The notes beneath the pieces are model-generated. The model was not told the origin of the DNA. It saw nothing but the letters and a program-made list of their open reading frames with translations, and did not search any database. From Histomonas meleagridis 2922-C6/04-290x (Eukaryota > Protista > Parabasalia), in NCBI GenBank assembly GCA_020184695.1, contig JAANOX010000246.1, positions 1 to 64,000 of the forward strand: a DNA stretch of 64,000 bases. The letters run 5' to 3'. A program made the position numbers and the translations under genes. Of the stretch, positions 22,131 through 34,917 are shown piece after piece. Position 1 is the stretch's first letter. Every line of letters begins with the position of its first letter.

Positions 22131-23753
22131 ATGGAAGAAGAGCTTAGAAGTCTTGGGCTTCCTCTGCAATTTGGAAAAAAGCAAAAAAAGACCATCCAAT
22201 CGAGGCGTGAAAGGAAGCATCAATTTAATGAAGCAGCTAATAAAACCGAAGGTGAAACAAATTTAGAGAATCAAGAATCTACAGAACTTCAAGAAGAAAA
22301 TCAAGAGAAAATATTTTCTGTTCCTATCACTATTGATCGTCAACTCCTTAAACAAATAGGTCCTCAACCTATTAATATCCCAGAGTCAATATATCCTGTT
22401 ATTCAAGAATTCCAAATTGTAGGACATACCAAACCCATCACAGCTATTGCTCTTGATGGCAGCGGTAATAAAGTTTTTACTGGCGCTCCAGATTGTTGCA
22501 TCAAATATTGGAATTTTGCTTCAATGAAAGCTTCTGACCCAGCCCCTGAGACTAGCATTGAACTTGAAACAGCCAATGAAGTTAACTCACTTGATGTTTC
22601 AACTAATGCCCAACTTATACTATTAGCCACCGGAAATCCCGAAGCCAAACTTTTCGATGGCAAAGGCCTTAAAAAAGGCGAAACAAAACGAGGTGATATG
22701 TATTTGTATGATGCCAAATATACGACAGGACATGTTGCAGCAATTACATGTGCACAATTCCGCCCAAAAGATTCATCATTTTTTGCTACATGTTCAGTTG
22801 ATGGAACATTTCGTTATTGGGACACTCAATCATTAAGCAAACATTTAGCCATCTTTAAACTTACACAAAAAGGAGGTGTACGTAATAGAGCACATTCATT
22901 AGCATGGTCCACAGATGGTAATGGGGCATACGTATGTGCAAGCGATAATTGCATCAGATACTTTTCCTTTAACTCCGGCGAGAACCAGGCATCGATGCTA
23001 ATTAAGACATCAAATCCCATGACAGCCGTAACGGTCGCCAACGACGGTTATTCTCTATCGACCAAATCTGGAAAAAATGTGTTTTTATGGGATATTCGAA
23101 ATTCAGCGGCACCAATTTGGAATATTTCAGTAGAATCCGATGTATCTTATTTGACATTTTCACCTGATTCGAAACATATTCTTATACCAAAATCAGTTCA
23201 TAACAAATCAAAGTATGGAGGATGTGTATACATTGCAGGAGCCGAATCTGGTGAGCTTGAGACTGAAATAAAGTTACCATCAGGTGTAGGTGCACGTATT
23301 TGTAAATGGCATCCACAAACTAACGAAATAATTATCGGCTCTACTGATGGCATTGCACGTGTGTTATTTGACCCACGTACATCACGTGCAGGTGCTCTTC
23401 TAACTTTAGAAAAAGGTTTGATAATTAAAACAGAAACCGATGAAGCAGTAATTGGTCAATTGATTCCGCGGTTGGTTGACCCAGAAAACGAGAGAGTCAT
23501 TAGGGGATTTTGGTTTCCCTTCGCAGGTGATGAAAAGAGTCGAAAAAGAGCTGCCGCAGAACCGAAAGCGCCGCAATGGGGCGAAGGACATCACGGCCAA
23601 TTGGCGATACACCCCGTGCAAGCAGAGCTTCATGAGCTGGGGCAAGTGGATATACCAGATGATACTGATATTGTCGACGCTTTGATATCAAGGAATAAGT
23701 TGGCGGAACATAAATACTTTACAAATGTAACTGAAAATAGAGAAGTTGATTAA
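22131..23753 (+). CDS. WDR70: WD40 repeat protein, WDR70-like
   Basis: LPLQFGKK N-terminus, GHTKPITAIALDGSG, IKYWNFASM, KRGDMYLYDAKYTTGHVA. Confidence 0.8.
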   Translation: MEEELRSLGLPLQFGKKQKKTIQSRRERKHQFNEAANKTEGETNLENQESTELQEENQEKIFSVPITIDRQLLKQIGPQPINIPESIYPVIQEFQIVGHTKPITAIALDGSGNKVFTGAPDCCIKYWNFASMKASDPAPETSIELETANEVNSLDVSTNAQLILLATGNPEAKLFDGKGLKKGETKRGDMYLYDAKYTTGHVAAITCAQFRPKDSSFFATCSVDGTFRYWDTQSLSKHLAIFKLTQKGGVRNRAHSLAWSTDGNGAYVCASDNCIRYFSFNSGENQASMLIKTSNPMTAVTVANDGYSLSTKSGKNVFLWDIRNSAAPIWNISVESDVSYLTFSPDSKHILIPKSVHNKSKYGGCVYIAGAESGELETEIKLPSGVGARICKWHPQTNEIIIGSTDGIARVLFDPRTSRAGALLTLEKGLIIKTETDEAVIGQLIPRLVDPENERVIRGFWFPFAGDEKSRKRAAAEPKAPQWGEGHHGQLAIHPVQAELHELGQVDIPDDTDIVDALISRNKLAEHKYFTNVTENREVD

Positions 23754-24185
23754 GAAATAAATATATATAATGTAAATAATGAATTTGGATAAATAAATGT
23801 AAAACGATGTTAAATTATGATAATTTGCTTTTATATTGAATTTATAAATATTTAATTATGATTATTACTATTTATTAATTTTATATAAAAAAATGGTAAC
23901 CTCAAAGAATAAATTGAAATACTAATTCTGCTTTCATTCAAATATAATATATATTTAGCTATTCATTTACAAAAAAGTTTTTTTTTTTGAAATTTTCATA
24001 CATGATTTAATCAAATGTAAGCGTTAAATAAAAGTAAAACTCGAATAATATCATTCACAATAACTATTTATCATAAACAAATGGTTTCAAAATTTAATAA
24101 AATGCTTGCAAAATATCCTTCATAAATCATTTTAACAATTAACAAAAAAGTATCATATGAAATTATTTATCGAATGACCATATTG

Positions 24186-26080
24186 TTATATCCATTGATC
24201 TTCATCTTCTTTAGCCAAATCCTCAATGTCCTTAATCACCTCTTCGACCAGCGGCGTTTCAGAATTTGTTGAATCTTTAAATTCCAATTTCACTGACGAA
24301 TTTGGTTTCTTCTTGTTACTCTTTAATAGGAAAATGACAATTGCGATGATAAGGAACACGAAAATGCATGAGCCGCATATTATACCTACCAAAGCGCCTG
24401 TTGAAATTGTGTTTTTACTTGTACTGAATGAATATATAATTGTATAGAACTCCATATAATAACTATAATACGTTGTATAGTGGACAATTATATATTCATA
24501 ATAAATGTTCTCAGTGATAACATATGTCGGCGATGAGCCATATAATGTCATTGAGTGCGTGCGAAGAGAATAATTTGATACGGAAATCGTTTGCGTATAT
24601 GACATGAATTCCGTATATGAAATAACTAATGAATATTCGCCGCCATTTGGAAGTGTCTGTGTAAATGTATTTGAACCAGTAAATACATTCGATTCCGTAA
24701 ATGCATTTGATTTAATAAATGTATATGATGGTGAAAATGTATTCGATTTTGTTAATGTTTCTGCGGTTGGAAGACATGATGAAATGATTGATCCCTTAGA
24801 AACATTAAAATCGCCAAATTTTTCGCTGTTATATGATGTTAGTGTCATCACAGCTTCAGCAGGTACATCATCCTGAAATGAATTGGATTCAATATTTGGT
24901 GATGTTGAACCTTTAAAATAAATACAGTGAAGATTTGTGCACGATTGAAATGCATAATTTTTAATGTTATTGATGTTTTCGCCAAGAACAATTGTATAAA
25001 GTGATGTACATCCTGAAAATGAATATGCTTCAAGAATCTCAACTGAATACGGTATTGTGATGTTATTCAATGATATACAATTATAAAAAGCTGAATTCCC
25101 AATTGATGTAACTGAATTCGGTATTACAATATTGCTTAAATTGTAACAATTACTAAAAGCTGAATCCCTAATTAATGTAACTGAATTCGGTATTGTGATG
25201 TTATTCAATGATATACAATTATAAAAAGCTGAATTCCCAATTGATGTAACTGAATTCGGTATTACAATATTGCTTAAATTGTAACAATTATAAAAAGCTG
25301 AATTCCCAATTGATGTAATATTTTCATTAATTATAATATTATATAATGATAAACAATTTGAAAATGCTGTATTTCCAATTGCTGTAACTGTATTTGGTAA
25401 TTGATAATTTTCTTGTGAATTTGATGGAGGATACCTCACAATTGTCGTAATGCTTTTATCATACAAAACTCCGTCGTTATAATAATTTGCATAGTTTTGG
25501 TATCATTTGAAACATTAATAATTTCGAGTGATTCACATCCTGAAAATGTATTGCCATAAATTTTGTTAACTGATTTTGAGATATAAATATACTTTAATTT
25601 AATGCATGATGAAAATGCACTGCCAAAAATTGTTGTAACATTTTCCCCAATAATAATCCTTTCTAAACTAACACAGTTTGAAAACGCACATTCATTAATT
25701 ATTATTACTGAATTTGGAATTGTAATATTATGTAACGATGTACAATCTGAAAAAGCGAAGCCTTTAATATATGTAACATTGTTACCATTTAGTATTGTTG
25801 TTAAATTATAACAATATCTAAACGCATAACTACCAATAGTTTGTATGAAATTTCCGATATAAACTGTAGTTAGAAAAGTACATTCTGAAAATGCATTTGA
25901 AGGAATATCTGATGCTTCGCAATATATGTAAATATGTTCTGCTTCTTTCTTTTGCGTATCATCAAAATCAGAGTATTCATTAATAATAAGTGTTTTATTA
26001 TCTGAATTATGAGTTTCAATACTATTAACAATATAAATGATAAAAAACAAATTCTGAATTTGTTTACTATTGTTATTCAT
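24186..26080 (-). pseudogene. BspA-like LRR_5 surface protein with S/T stalk and TM, split by a 1-nt frameshift near 25490
   Basis: ORFs 25436-26080 and 24186-25466 join at NVSND/NYANYYNDGVLYDKS; IPNSVTSIGNSAFYNC repeats; SNTF hexapeptides; TM ALVGIICGSCIFVFLIIAIVIFLL. Confidence 0.85.
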
Positions 26081-26991
26081 TTGGAAAGAAAAATATTTTC
26101 TTTTAATATAAAAAAATTAAATTAAAATAAATAAAAAATTAAAACATTTTCTAAATATACTTAAAAAAATAGAAAAATTTTTATAACATGTTAAAAACGA
26201 CTTAAAAGTATCTATTAATGAAATGGAATATTTGAAACGCCATTTGGTTTCTTGGTTGTTGTGCATTGTTTTAATGTGCTTCATTGAAATAAAGAAAAAT
26301 TCGTTATATGATGCTTTAAAACTTTTATGATATTGGAAATAGTTTTCGTCATAAAGTGGAGTAACATGATATCTCTGAATTACGTGCATGTTAGTATTGT
26401 GCTTAAAAAGAAAAAAATGTTTCATTTTAAAATTAATTGGTTTATGATTAATAACTGAAGAAGATAAACCTGGAATTATGAAATAGATGAAAGTGAGTAA
26501 AATGGAAGTCATAGTGTTGTTTAATAATCTTTGGAGGATGAAAAATTTTTTTGCAATATAACACAGAAAAACTTAAAATTGAAAATTCACAACCGTTGCT
26601 ATCGGGGGAGGACCATGGCATTGTTCTACGGTTATATTATGTGAACAAACTTCATTGAGTCGGCTTTTGAGTTTTTTCTTTGTTGCATTATGTCATAACC
26701 GTCGAAACGCATAGAAATTAAATCGGTTTCGATCGAATTTCCATTCAATTCCGCTGTCATAACAAAACCGTTTATTATTTTTTAATCTTCTATTTGTAAT
26801 TTTACTTTATTAATCAGCATGAAAGTGATAGAACATATGTCAAGAACTAATCTTTGGTGCTTGGAATGAAATATTATTCATTCTTTCTTATTTTTTCAAA
26901 TATAGAAATAAATAATGAGTTGGATACAAAAATCTTTTGTTAATTAATAACACAATATAACAGTTATCATTTAAAGTCCTATTTACTTAAA

Positions 26992-29157
26992 TTATTTGAT
27001 CATATTTACCACTTTTTCGATCACCTCATTCCAATTCATATTCTTGTTTTGATTTTGTAACCAGGCCAATGATTTTTCTTCCATCATTTCCCACACCGGT
27101 CTTCTCTTCAACTCCTTCTTTCTAAATGCCGCTATCACAATCACAGTTGCCAACACATTATCGTCATTAACTCCTTCGATATTTGGCTTACTACTTAATC
27201 CTGCATAAGTCAAAATGTTTTCATTCATTTCCCAATGTCCGTCAATTTTTTGCAGGGAAACAACACATCGGAAATCAGATTCTTTCTTTGGCGCCATTTC
27301 TTCTTCAGTGTTTAATTTCTTTGATTCCTTCTTTTGTATATTTGGTTTCATTGCATTATGCATTGGCTGAGGCATTGCTTGAGGCATTGCTGTGCATTTC
27401 TTCATCTTCATCATCGGCGCCGCATTTGTAGTTTCTAATGATGCATTAGCACACCTCATAGACATAGCATTACACATCATCATTTGAGGCTTACCCATTC
27501 CCATTCCTTTCGCGCGAAATTGGCTATGATAATATTGGTTTAATGTTACTCCGATATAAGACGTGAATTTGGATATGATTCCACTATCGATTGAAAGATT
27601 TATAATCTTTTGTTTAAGGGAATCATTGATTGAAGGAGTTAATTCTAATTTACGTATCATCTCATATGAAAATAACGCTTTAATACATTCGCTATCCCAT
27701 TGAACTTCATTAATTTCAATTGGGAAATCAATTTCTTCATTGTTATATTTGGACGTGATTAATAAAGACGTATTGTTGTCGATTTTCTTGTTGATAAATA
27801 TTGTTTTGGACGTATTTGGTAATATCGATGGTATTGGAAATGGTGTAACTTCAAATGAATTAACATTTTCAATGTTAATCACTGAGTTATTAACAGATTC
27901 AGATAATGATAAACGAAGTTGTGGAATGACTTTCATTGAAAGATCTGATTTATCATCGACAAAATCACTTTTTCCACCAGTGATATTCGCAATACGTTCA
28001 ACAAGTCCTGCATCAGCACCTGAGCCTAAACCAATTGTGAAACATCGCACAGTATTTACATTACGTTCAAGTTCGGCATATACTTCGCCTTGATTGTTGA
28101 CTTCGCCATCAGTTAATATGAAAAGTTGGCGCTGCTTCGTCGTTTGTTGTGAGAAAACATTATGTAATGCTGGTAAGATATTAGTTCCGCCTAAATCTGC
28201 TTTCATGTTTTGAACGTAATGAGATGCTTTATTAAAGTTTTCTTCGTTATATTGGACGGATTGTGGGAATAATGTGTCAATTCGTGAGCCAAATCGAATG
28301 ATGTTAAATGTGCAATTAGTAGGTAAGGAATGTAAAAAGATATCTAAGCATTCTTTGGCTTTGGCAATACGACTTCCGGACATGGAGCCACTACAGTCAA
28401 TAATAAATATAAGTTCTTTCTCGCCGTTTGTAACTGATTGGATATCTGGAACAAAACAGATCGCTGTGTATGTGGGCGTAGAGTATGCAATGCTTGGAAA
28501 TGCTGAGTTGAGATTGACACGGATGTAAAGAGCTGTGTTATCCGATGGACGTGTTGTGATTTTAAGTGTTCCATTATTATCATCAGTTTTGGTGAAAGTA
28601 TGGGAGCAGTTGACACTGACATCCTTTATTGGTGTGGGTTGGTTGATTTTAAGAGTAAAGTTAAACGTGGTTTTGCTTGTAAATAAATTTGTGACTCGAC
28701 CATGCTGATCTTTGGCTTCAAATGGAAACTTGACAAATACTGTTTGTGGGCTCTCAAGGTTAGCTTCGAAAGAACAATTAAATTCAACTTTCACAGGAAT
28801 TCCAGATGGAACATTACCAAGAGAAAAACAATTATAGCCTGGTTCAATTTCTCTCCCAAGAGCCGCAGTTTTACCTTGCTTCTTTGCTTCGTTATATGTC
28901 TCTTTCGCTTGATCTTCACTTTGAAGTTTTAATGGAATAACTTCGTTTCCAACATAAAAGACAGCCTTATAAATACAGATTTTGTTGTCAGTAGGAAATA
29001 TGTATTGAATTTCAGAAGCAGAAGATGAATCATTATTAATGACTTGAGTGAATTTTAGATCAGCTATCAAGCCTCTTTGTTCACCTTCGACAATGATAGA
29101 TGCAGTAGGAACTTTAACACTTTTAGTAGGGTTTGTAATTTGAAAATATCCGAACAT
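26992..29157 (-). CDS. VIT + von Willebrand factor A domain protein (VWA5A-like)
   Basis: YIFPTDNKICIY (VIT), ELIFIIDCSGSMSG (MIDAS), ADLGGTNIL, LFILTDGEV, RCFTIGLG; likely ATG 29157. Confidence 0.9.
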   Translation of the reverse strand: MFGYFQITNPTKSVKVPTASIIVEGEQRGLIADLKFTQVINNDSSSASEIQYIFPTDNKICIYKAVFYVGNEVIPLKLQSEDQAKETYNEAKKQGKTAALGREIEPGYNCFSLGNVPSGIPVKVEFNCSFEANLESPQTVFVKFPFEAKDQHGRVTNLFTSKTTFNFTLKINQPTPIKDVSVNCSHTFTKTDDNNGTLKITTRPSDNTALYIRVNLNSAFPSIAYSTPTYTAICFVPDIQSVTNGEKELIFIIDCSGSMSGSRIAKAKECLDIFLHSLPTNCTFNIIRFGSRIDTLFPQSVQYNEENFNKASHYVQNMKADLGGTNILPALHNVFSQQTTKQRQLFILTDGEVNNQGEVYAELERNVNTVRCFTIGLGSGADAGLVERIANITGGKSDFVDDKSDLSMKVIPQLRLSLSESVNNSVINIENVNSFEVTPFPIPSILPNTSKTIFINKKIDNNTSLLITSKYNNEEIDFPIEINEVQWDSECIKALFSYEMIRKLELTPSINDSLKQKIINLSIDSGIISKFTSYIGVTLNQYYHSQFRAKGMGMGKPQMMMCNAMSMRCANASLETTNAAPMMKMKKCTAMPQAMPQPMHNAMKPNIQKKESKKLNTEEEMAPKKESDFRCVVSLQKIDGHWEMNENILTYAGLSSKPNIEGVNDDNVLATVIVIAAFRKKELKRRPVWEMMEEKSLAWLQNQNKNMNWNEVIEKVVNMIK

Positions 29158-29468
29158 AAAAAAATAAGTGAACTGAAAATGTGACAAAATTTTTAAAATT
29201 TTACAATACAATAATCGGCTACACATTTTGACAACAGTTGTGTATATTCACTGCTTCATAAAAAGTGATATACAGTTGATTAGTCAAAACATTTTTTGGC
29301 TAAACATGTTCAATGGAATCATATTTTATTTTTAAATTATAATCACACAATCATATTATGTATTAGTCACTAAAGAAAAGCAGATTTTGTAATTATATTT
29401 TTTGCAAAAAATCAATTTTAATCAACCTCAATTCAAAAAGTAACACTTTTTTTATTTATTAAACACAT

Positions 29469-31139
29469 TCATTTCAACCCACTAAAATTTTGCTTCAAAT
29501 CTTCCAAAACCATTTTCCACGTTTCACCGAAAGTTTCTATTTCTACCGAAGTTTCCTGATCTCTTAAAAATTCATAGCATTCATCACTTTCACAATATGA
29601 TTCTGTACTATAACAAGTGTCTTGTTTTCTTTGGTTTTCTATTCCATCATATTTTGGAATTAGCTCCAAAATGTTTCCGATGTTCATTACTTTATGGTAT
29701 TGTAATCCTGCGATTTTTGCCGCGACTTGATATTTATCATTACACCAAAAATGTATTGGTCTAATTTCTATCATATGTCCACCTTTAGGCATCCATAAAG
29801 CATTCTCAAGTCCGACACCAAATCGACCAATTATCACATTAGCTCTTGAAAACTCATGAATTAAATTTGTTAAATTTTTCTCACTTTTTATATCAATAAT
29901 TTTCAAATCACAAAAACCACAACTTTCCTTAATATACATTAAAATCCGATCTCGATTAAGTACTTTCATATTATCATCCTCAGTATATATAATATAAGGA
30001 TGTGAATTATTATGATTAACATCAAAACCAAAATGTGTTAAAACTTCTTCACGAAATCCTTTCGTGTTTTTATATGTAAAACCATAGATATGTCCATATT
30101 TTTCTTGTGCTGATCTTGTGTTATCGCAATTATCATCTGCTTTTTTAAGTCCTAAAATTACATAATCAATAATAGTTAATGTGTTAGATACATCTGGTTC
30201 ACGAGGTGGTTGTTTGGTTATCGAGTTAATTAATATCATATTATTTTCAAGCTCGCGCATATCTCTGCAGAAGAATCGGAACTTATCAAATTTCTTGTAT
30301 GAAAGTGATTTTATCGTTTGATATGTTGGCACTAAAAAGTTATATAATATGTCTTCTGACGTATGTCGATATTTTCCGGCTGATGCAAAGAACGCTGCTT
30401 CGTCTTTGGATACTGATCCAACTGCAACTTCGTGGAGATCTAAGTTGGTAATAATTGGTTCACTAATTAATTGATCATTGGGACTATCAAATGGTGGCGC
30501 GCGTGAACTTAATGATAAAAATGATGGTGGAAACAGATAATGCGCTTTGGTTTGCATAACAAAATGTCCATTAACAAAGCCTATGTGAAGAGCTTCGCAC
30601 CAGCGGTCAGCAGATGTGCTGCCATGACATAACATTTGCGTGCCATCGAAATTATCTCGGAATTTGGTGATGGAAAATTTCATAGGTTTCTTAAATATTA
30701 CACCTTCCTCATCAAAGTTGGGGAGTTGAAAGCCTGGAGTTTTGTATTTGGATAAATCAACACAAAATAATTCACCCGAATAATCAGTGATAAAAGGTAA
30801 TGGAAATTCCATAGAAAGCTTAGTACCATTCATTTGGGCATTGGCACTACCAGGTGGCATTAGAAGTGGAAGATTATTGGCCGATGTAATATATCCAAAA
30901 ACTGAAGCAAGCGTTATTGGGTTGTGTTGTACAACCTTTTCATTAAATTGAATAAGAATTTTATTTCCATCTGTCTGAATATCTTCAATATTATAACATA
31001 AATGTGTTTTTGGTGTCTTCTTTTCCCATTCCCAGGTTGGAGTTATTGAAATAATAAAAATTGTCATGCAAACTATAATGGTTGTTACTATGATCTTTAG
31101 TATATTGGAAATTTTATCAAGGCATTTATCTACATCCAT
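29469..31139 (-). CDS. Glycosyltransferase family 61 (DUF563)-like type II membrane protein
   Basis: N-terminal TM; FSRANVIIGRFGVGLENALWMPKGGHMIEIRP. Confidence 0.75.
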   Translation of the reverse strand: MDVDKCLDKISNILKIIVTTIIVCMTIFIISITPTWEWEKKTPKTHLCYNIEDIQTDGNKILIQFNEKVVQHNPITLASVFGYITSANNLPLLMPPGSANAQMNGTKLSMEFPLPFITDYSGELFCVDLSKYKTPGFQLPNFDEEGVIFKKPMKFSITKFRDNFDGTQMLCHGSTSADRWCEALHIGFVNGHFVMQTKAHYLFPPSFLSLSSRAPPFDSPNDQLISEPIITNLDLHEVAVGSVSKDEAAFFASAGKYRHTSEDILYNFLVPTYQTIKSLSYKKFDKFRFFCRDMRELENNMILINSITKQPPREPDVSNTLTIIDYVILGLKKADDNCDNTRSAQEKYGHIYGFTYKNTKGFREEVLTHFGFDVNHNNSHPYIIYTEDDNMKVLNRDRILMYIKESCGFCDLKIIDIKSEKNLTNLIHEFSRANVIIGRFGVGLENALWMPKGGHMIEIRPIHFWCNDKYQVAAKIAGLQYHKVMNIGNILELIPKYDGIENQRKQDTCYSTESYCESDECYEFLRDQETSVEIETFGETWKMVLEDLKQNFSGLK

Positions 31140-31258
31140 GTCTGAAGTAAATAAATGTAAAATATTTCTGTAAAAAATAATCGTATTTGAATAGACCGTT
31201 TATTTCTGAGGGGTGGTCCAAAAAGTGCTGACCACCAGAACAAAAAATCACAAAAAAA

Positions 31259-32290
31259 ATGAGCTTTGGATATGTTTTTAATGAAGATACATGTGCTAAA
31301 CAATATGACGATGAAATTAAATATGATCCTATTCCAGAATCTTATGTAGAAATTTTGTCATATGAAAAGCTTGAACCAACAGGAGAAGATCGACTTGTAT
31401 TTGATCTTGTTAATGCACCACCATCACATGCTAATGCACTTCGCCGTACACTTATTTCAAGAGTTCCATCAGTTTCACTTGAAGTGATTGGCATTACAGT
31501 AAATGATGGCATTATGCCAGATGAAATTCTTTGTCATCGCTTAGGCTTGATTCCTCTTGATATAGACCCGAAATATATTGATTTTCCGAATGGTCCAATT
31601 CCAAATGATTCGAATGATCCAAATACTACATTTCTATTTGGACTCAATATTATAGGTGGAGAAGGACCAGAACCTGACTACACAGGTATTGATTCTACAT
31701 GGGAAGATGATAAAGAAAGATTTCAACCAATGTATACAGGTCCATCAGGTCTTGTTAAATCAGAGCATTTAGTTTGGATGCCATTTCCAGGTCAAGCTGA
31801 ACAATTTCCCAGTATACATCCATTACATCTCGACATTCCAATTACAAAGCTTAAGCCTGGTCAACATATCGAACTTACAGCTCGAGCTGTAAAGTCATTT
31901 GGACTTGATCATGCCAAGTTTTCACCTGTATGCACAGCATTTTATCGGATGGTACCACTTATCGAAGTTAATAATTCACGTTTAAATGACACGACAAAAC
32001 AAATTCTTGTCAAGAAATGCCCAATGGGTGTCTTTGACATTGAAGATGGAGATGTAGTCGTACGTAATCCACGTAAATGTACATCATGCAGAGAATGTCT
32101 TCGAGAATTAAGAGTTAAGAATTATATAAAAGTCGGAAAGGAAGCGAATAGATACGAATTCACCGTGGAAAGCGTCGGAGTAAGACCTGCATATGAATTA
32201 GTGAAAGAAGCATTCGAAATTTTAAAGGAAAGATGTAATTTGTTCTCACAACTAATTAGAGATGCTGATCCAATGAAAGACCAAAATTAG
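31259..32290 (+). CDS. POLR1C: RNA polymerase I/III shared subunit AC40
   Basis: HANALRRTLISRVPS, IMPDEILCHRLGLIP, ITKLKPGQ, GLDHAKFSPVCTAFYR, CPMGVFDIED, CTSCREC, FTVESVG. Confidence 0.95.
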   Translation: MSFGYVFNEDTCAKQYDDEIKYDPIPESYVEILSYEKLEPTGEDRLVFDLVNAPPSHANALRRTLISRVPSVSLEVIGITVNDGIMPDEILCHRLGLIPLDIDPKYIDFPNGPIPNDSNDPNTTFLFGLNIIGGEGPEPDYTGIDSTWEDDKERFQPMYTGPSGLVKSEHLVWMPFPGQAEQFPSIHPLHLDIPITKLKPGQHIELTARAVKSFGLDHAKFSPVCTAFYRMVPLIEVNNSRLNDTTKQILVKKCPMGVFDIEDGDVVVRNPRKCTSCRECLRELRVKNYIKVGKEANRYEFTVESVGVRPAYELVKEAFEILKERCNLFSQLIRDADPMKDQN

Positions 32291-32675
32291 TATATAAAAA
32301 TAATAGCTTAAATGTATTTTTTAAGTAAAGGAAAAATTTAATATTTATAACATCAAAAAATTTTTTTAATGATATAATTATCTGCCATGTTATTAGTATG
32401 CTATACTTTAGGGAAATGCATTCAAAGAGAGTTATTTCACACATTAAATCAGAAGAATTTTAAAATTTTACTTTGTTTATATAAAAAGTGGCTCTTTCAG
32501 GAAGTTTGGCTGATTGAAAATCTAACAGTTTCAATTCAATAATTATATTGAAATCCCGTTATCCACGATCATTTTCTCCACAAAAATCTGCTCTACTATT
32601 CAATTTTTGAATGCTTTCCGCCATTACCGGTGGAACGGTGTGCGATCAATGGAATAGCTCATTATTTGGTTCGTA

Positions 32676-33650
32676 ATGGAAATTCAACAGATGCTTTTAT
32701 CCTTAAAAGGACATCCTGGTTGTTCATTCACTGGACAACAAGCAAAAGAATTTTGTAAATGTTATGATTTACAAAAGGATCAAACTTACCGTCTTTTCTC
32801 ATGGATGATTGAATTAAAATTGGTTAAGCCTAGTTGTGATTCAGTTGCATCTCAAATTATCAATTTTTACAATAAATATAAAGAAATGGTTCAACAAATT
32901 CCTGATCCATTTACTCTCCTTCAATTTTCTGATCAAAACATGCTTGGAATTCGCATTTTATCATTTAGCATTCAAAATGATTACTCTTACACCCAAGGAT
33001 ATGATAGATTTTTATGGATCTCTTTATCCGTTTCATTAGTATTTGCAAATAACTTTAATTTTCCAATACTTTTTGCAGAATCTATTGCATACCAATTGCT
33101 AATAAAGCTAATTCAAATTGGTAATTACAATGACTTTCTCAACTTGGATAGCTTCAACGAATACTTCGATGATCTTTCATCAATTATTTCATCGAAGGCG
33201 CCGATGATATCGAACAAACTTAGTGAAAATGGAGTTTCACCATTTTTCTATGCTCTTAAATGGCGTTTAATCCTTTTTGCTGATATTCATGAAACATTTG
33301 ATATACTTCAACTTTGGGATAATATGTTTTTACATATTGATAACTTTGAACTTTATTTTAAGTATTTATGTGTTGCACATCTGAAACAAATTCAATCATA
33401 TGACGAAGAAGAAGATTTAGCAGAAGTTATACAATCATATAAAAATTGGAATTTGGAGGATATCATTGATGATGCAAATGAAATGATGGAACCAGAATAC
33501 GGAATCAATCAATTTGCAATGGCAACATTTGCATTCGGAGCTTCAATAGCTAATGCTGCTTTTGATATTGGAAAGAAAGCTGCTCACAAAATTGATATGA
33601 AATTAGGCCATAACATTGTTTCGGACATATATGATTTGATTAGATACTGA
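32676..33650 (+). CDS. Rab-GAP TBC-domain-like protein
   Basis: YTQGYDRF, LSENGVSPFFYALKWRLILFA...LQLWDNMF. Confidence 0.75.
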   Translation: MEIQQMLLSLKGHPGCSFTGQQAKEFCKCYDLQKDQTYRLFSWMIELKLVKPSCDSVASQIINFYNKYKEMVQQIPDPFTLLQFSDQNMLGIRILSFSIQNDYSYTQGYDRFLWISLSVSLVFANNFNFPILFAESIAYQLLIKLIQIGNYNDFLNLDSFNEYFDDLSSIISSKAPMISNKLSENGVSPFFYALKWRLILFADIHETFDILQLWDNMFLHIDNFELYFKYLCVAHLKQIQSYDEEEDLAEVIQSYKNWNLEDIIDDANEMMEPEYGINQFAMATFAFGASIANAAFDIGKKAAHKIDMKLGHNIVSDIYDLIRY

Positions 33651-33975
33651 AGTCTTGTAATTAAATAAAATGTTAATAATATAAATTTAATTTAAAATTT
33701 TAATGGATTTCATCTAATACTTAATGCCATGCTCTTATTTACTCAAAACACATAATTTTAACATTTTTTTGAAATAACATAAATTATTAATTGAAAGACA
33801 ATGACTTTGTCTTAGCTTCCAAAGACAGAGTGAAGATATTGAAATTAATGGCTTGAGTCTATCGCTGTTTTCAAATCCTTTCACGATAGAAACGATACAA
33901 TACAATTAAACTTGAAGAATTTTTGAAAGTATTTTTGTTTATTTCCTCCTTCATTCTCAACAAATCATTTCATAT

Positions 33976-34917
33976 TTAAAGTGCACCTCTGAGCTGATTC
34001 ATTAAATCATCATTCTCCAAAAAAATAAAACATGCTCCACCAATATCGATTAGATCTCTGTCATTTAACAGTATGAATTTGCCTTTTCCAAACTGTATTC
34101 CATTTACTAAAACATAGTTGTTTAGTACTTCAAGGTAAAACCTTAAATCAGTTGCAAGTGAAATCGAGCAATGGAGACGAGAGATACTTTGCAAGCAAAG
34201 ATCTGATAAGTCTATATCAGGTGTACACTTTGGAGAACGCCTTCCAAAGACAACTTTACATTTGTCAATAATTCTGATATTTCCTGGTCCAACAAGAACG
34301 GCAAATGTTTTCTTGGTCATTCTTTCTTTGGCACGTTGACGAATTGATTCGATATTTTGGTCGCGTTGGATCTGTGGTTCATCTGGTTTAAAATTTTCAT
34401 TTTGGATATAATTTTGTATTTGTTCTTTATAGTCAGGAGGTCCTGGAAATGGCAAAAGCTCCATATCGGCTACTTCGTTGTGAATGTTTTTACAATATTC
34501 TCTAAAAGAATTTAATTGATATTCAAGGCTTGCTTGATCTTTACTATTTAGACGAACGTTAGCTGCATTTAATGATGAAGCAGTTCTAGAAGGGTGGAAA
34601 AGCATTGGAAATTTGGATAAAAATTGAACTTGGTTACACTTCTTGTTATTATGAATAAGCCTTACAAGTGAAAGTTGCTCAAGAAGAGTCCATGGGGCTG
34701 CCTTGTAAGCAATAATATCATTGTGGGTTGTCATACAAACGCGTTGTAAAAGTTCTTCTGAGTTGATAATTTCGAGAAATCTTTCACCGATTGATGATAC
34801 TTTTTTATTTTGTAGGGTTGGCAATAATCGCTGAAATTCTGAAAAAGGGCAACATAGTAAGAGCCATACAACTGTTGCATCATCTTGTGCTGTCCATTGG
34901 TTCGACATTTCACCCAA
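33976..34917 (-). CDS. FHA-domain protein, MCRS1/microspherule-like
   Basis: N-terminal WTAQDD...; C-terminal FHA: VVFGRRS...IDLS...ISRLHCSI...NYVLVNG...LLNDRDLIDIG. Confidence 0.75.
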   Translation of the reverse strand: MGEMSNQWTAQDDATVVWLLLCCPFSEFQRLLPTLQNKKVSSIGERFLEIINSEELLQRVCMTTHNDIIAYKAAPWTLLEQLSLVRLIHNNKKCNQVQFLSKFPMLFHPSRTASSLNAANVRLNSKDQASLEYQLNSFREYCKNIHNEVADMELLPFPGPPDYKEQIQNYIQNENFKPDEPQIQRDQNIESIRQRAKERMTKKTFAVLVGPGNIRIIDKCKVVFGRRSPKCTPDIDLSDLCLQSISRLHCSISLATDLRFYLEVLNNYVLVNGIQFGKGKFILLNDRDLIDIGGACFIFLENDDLMNQLRGAL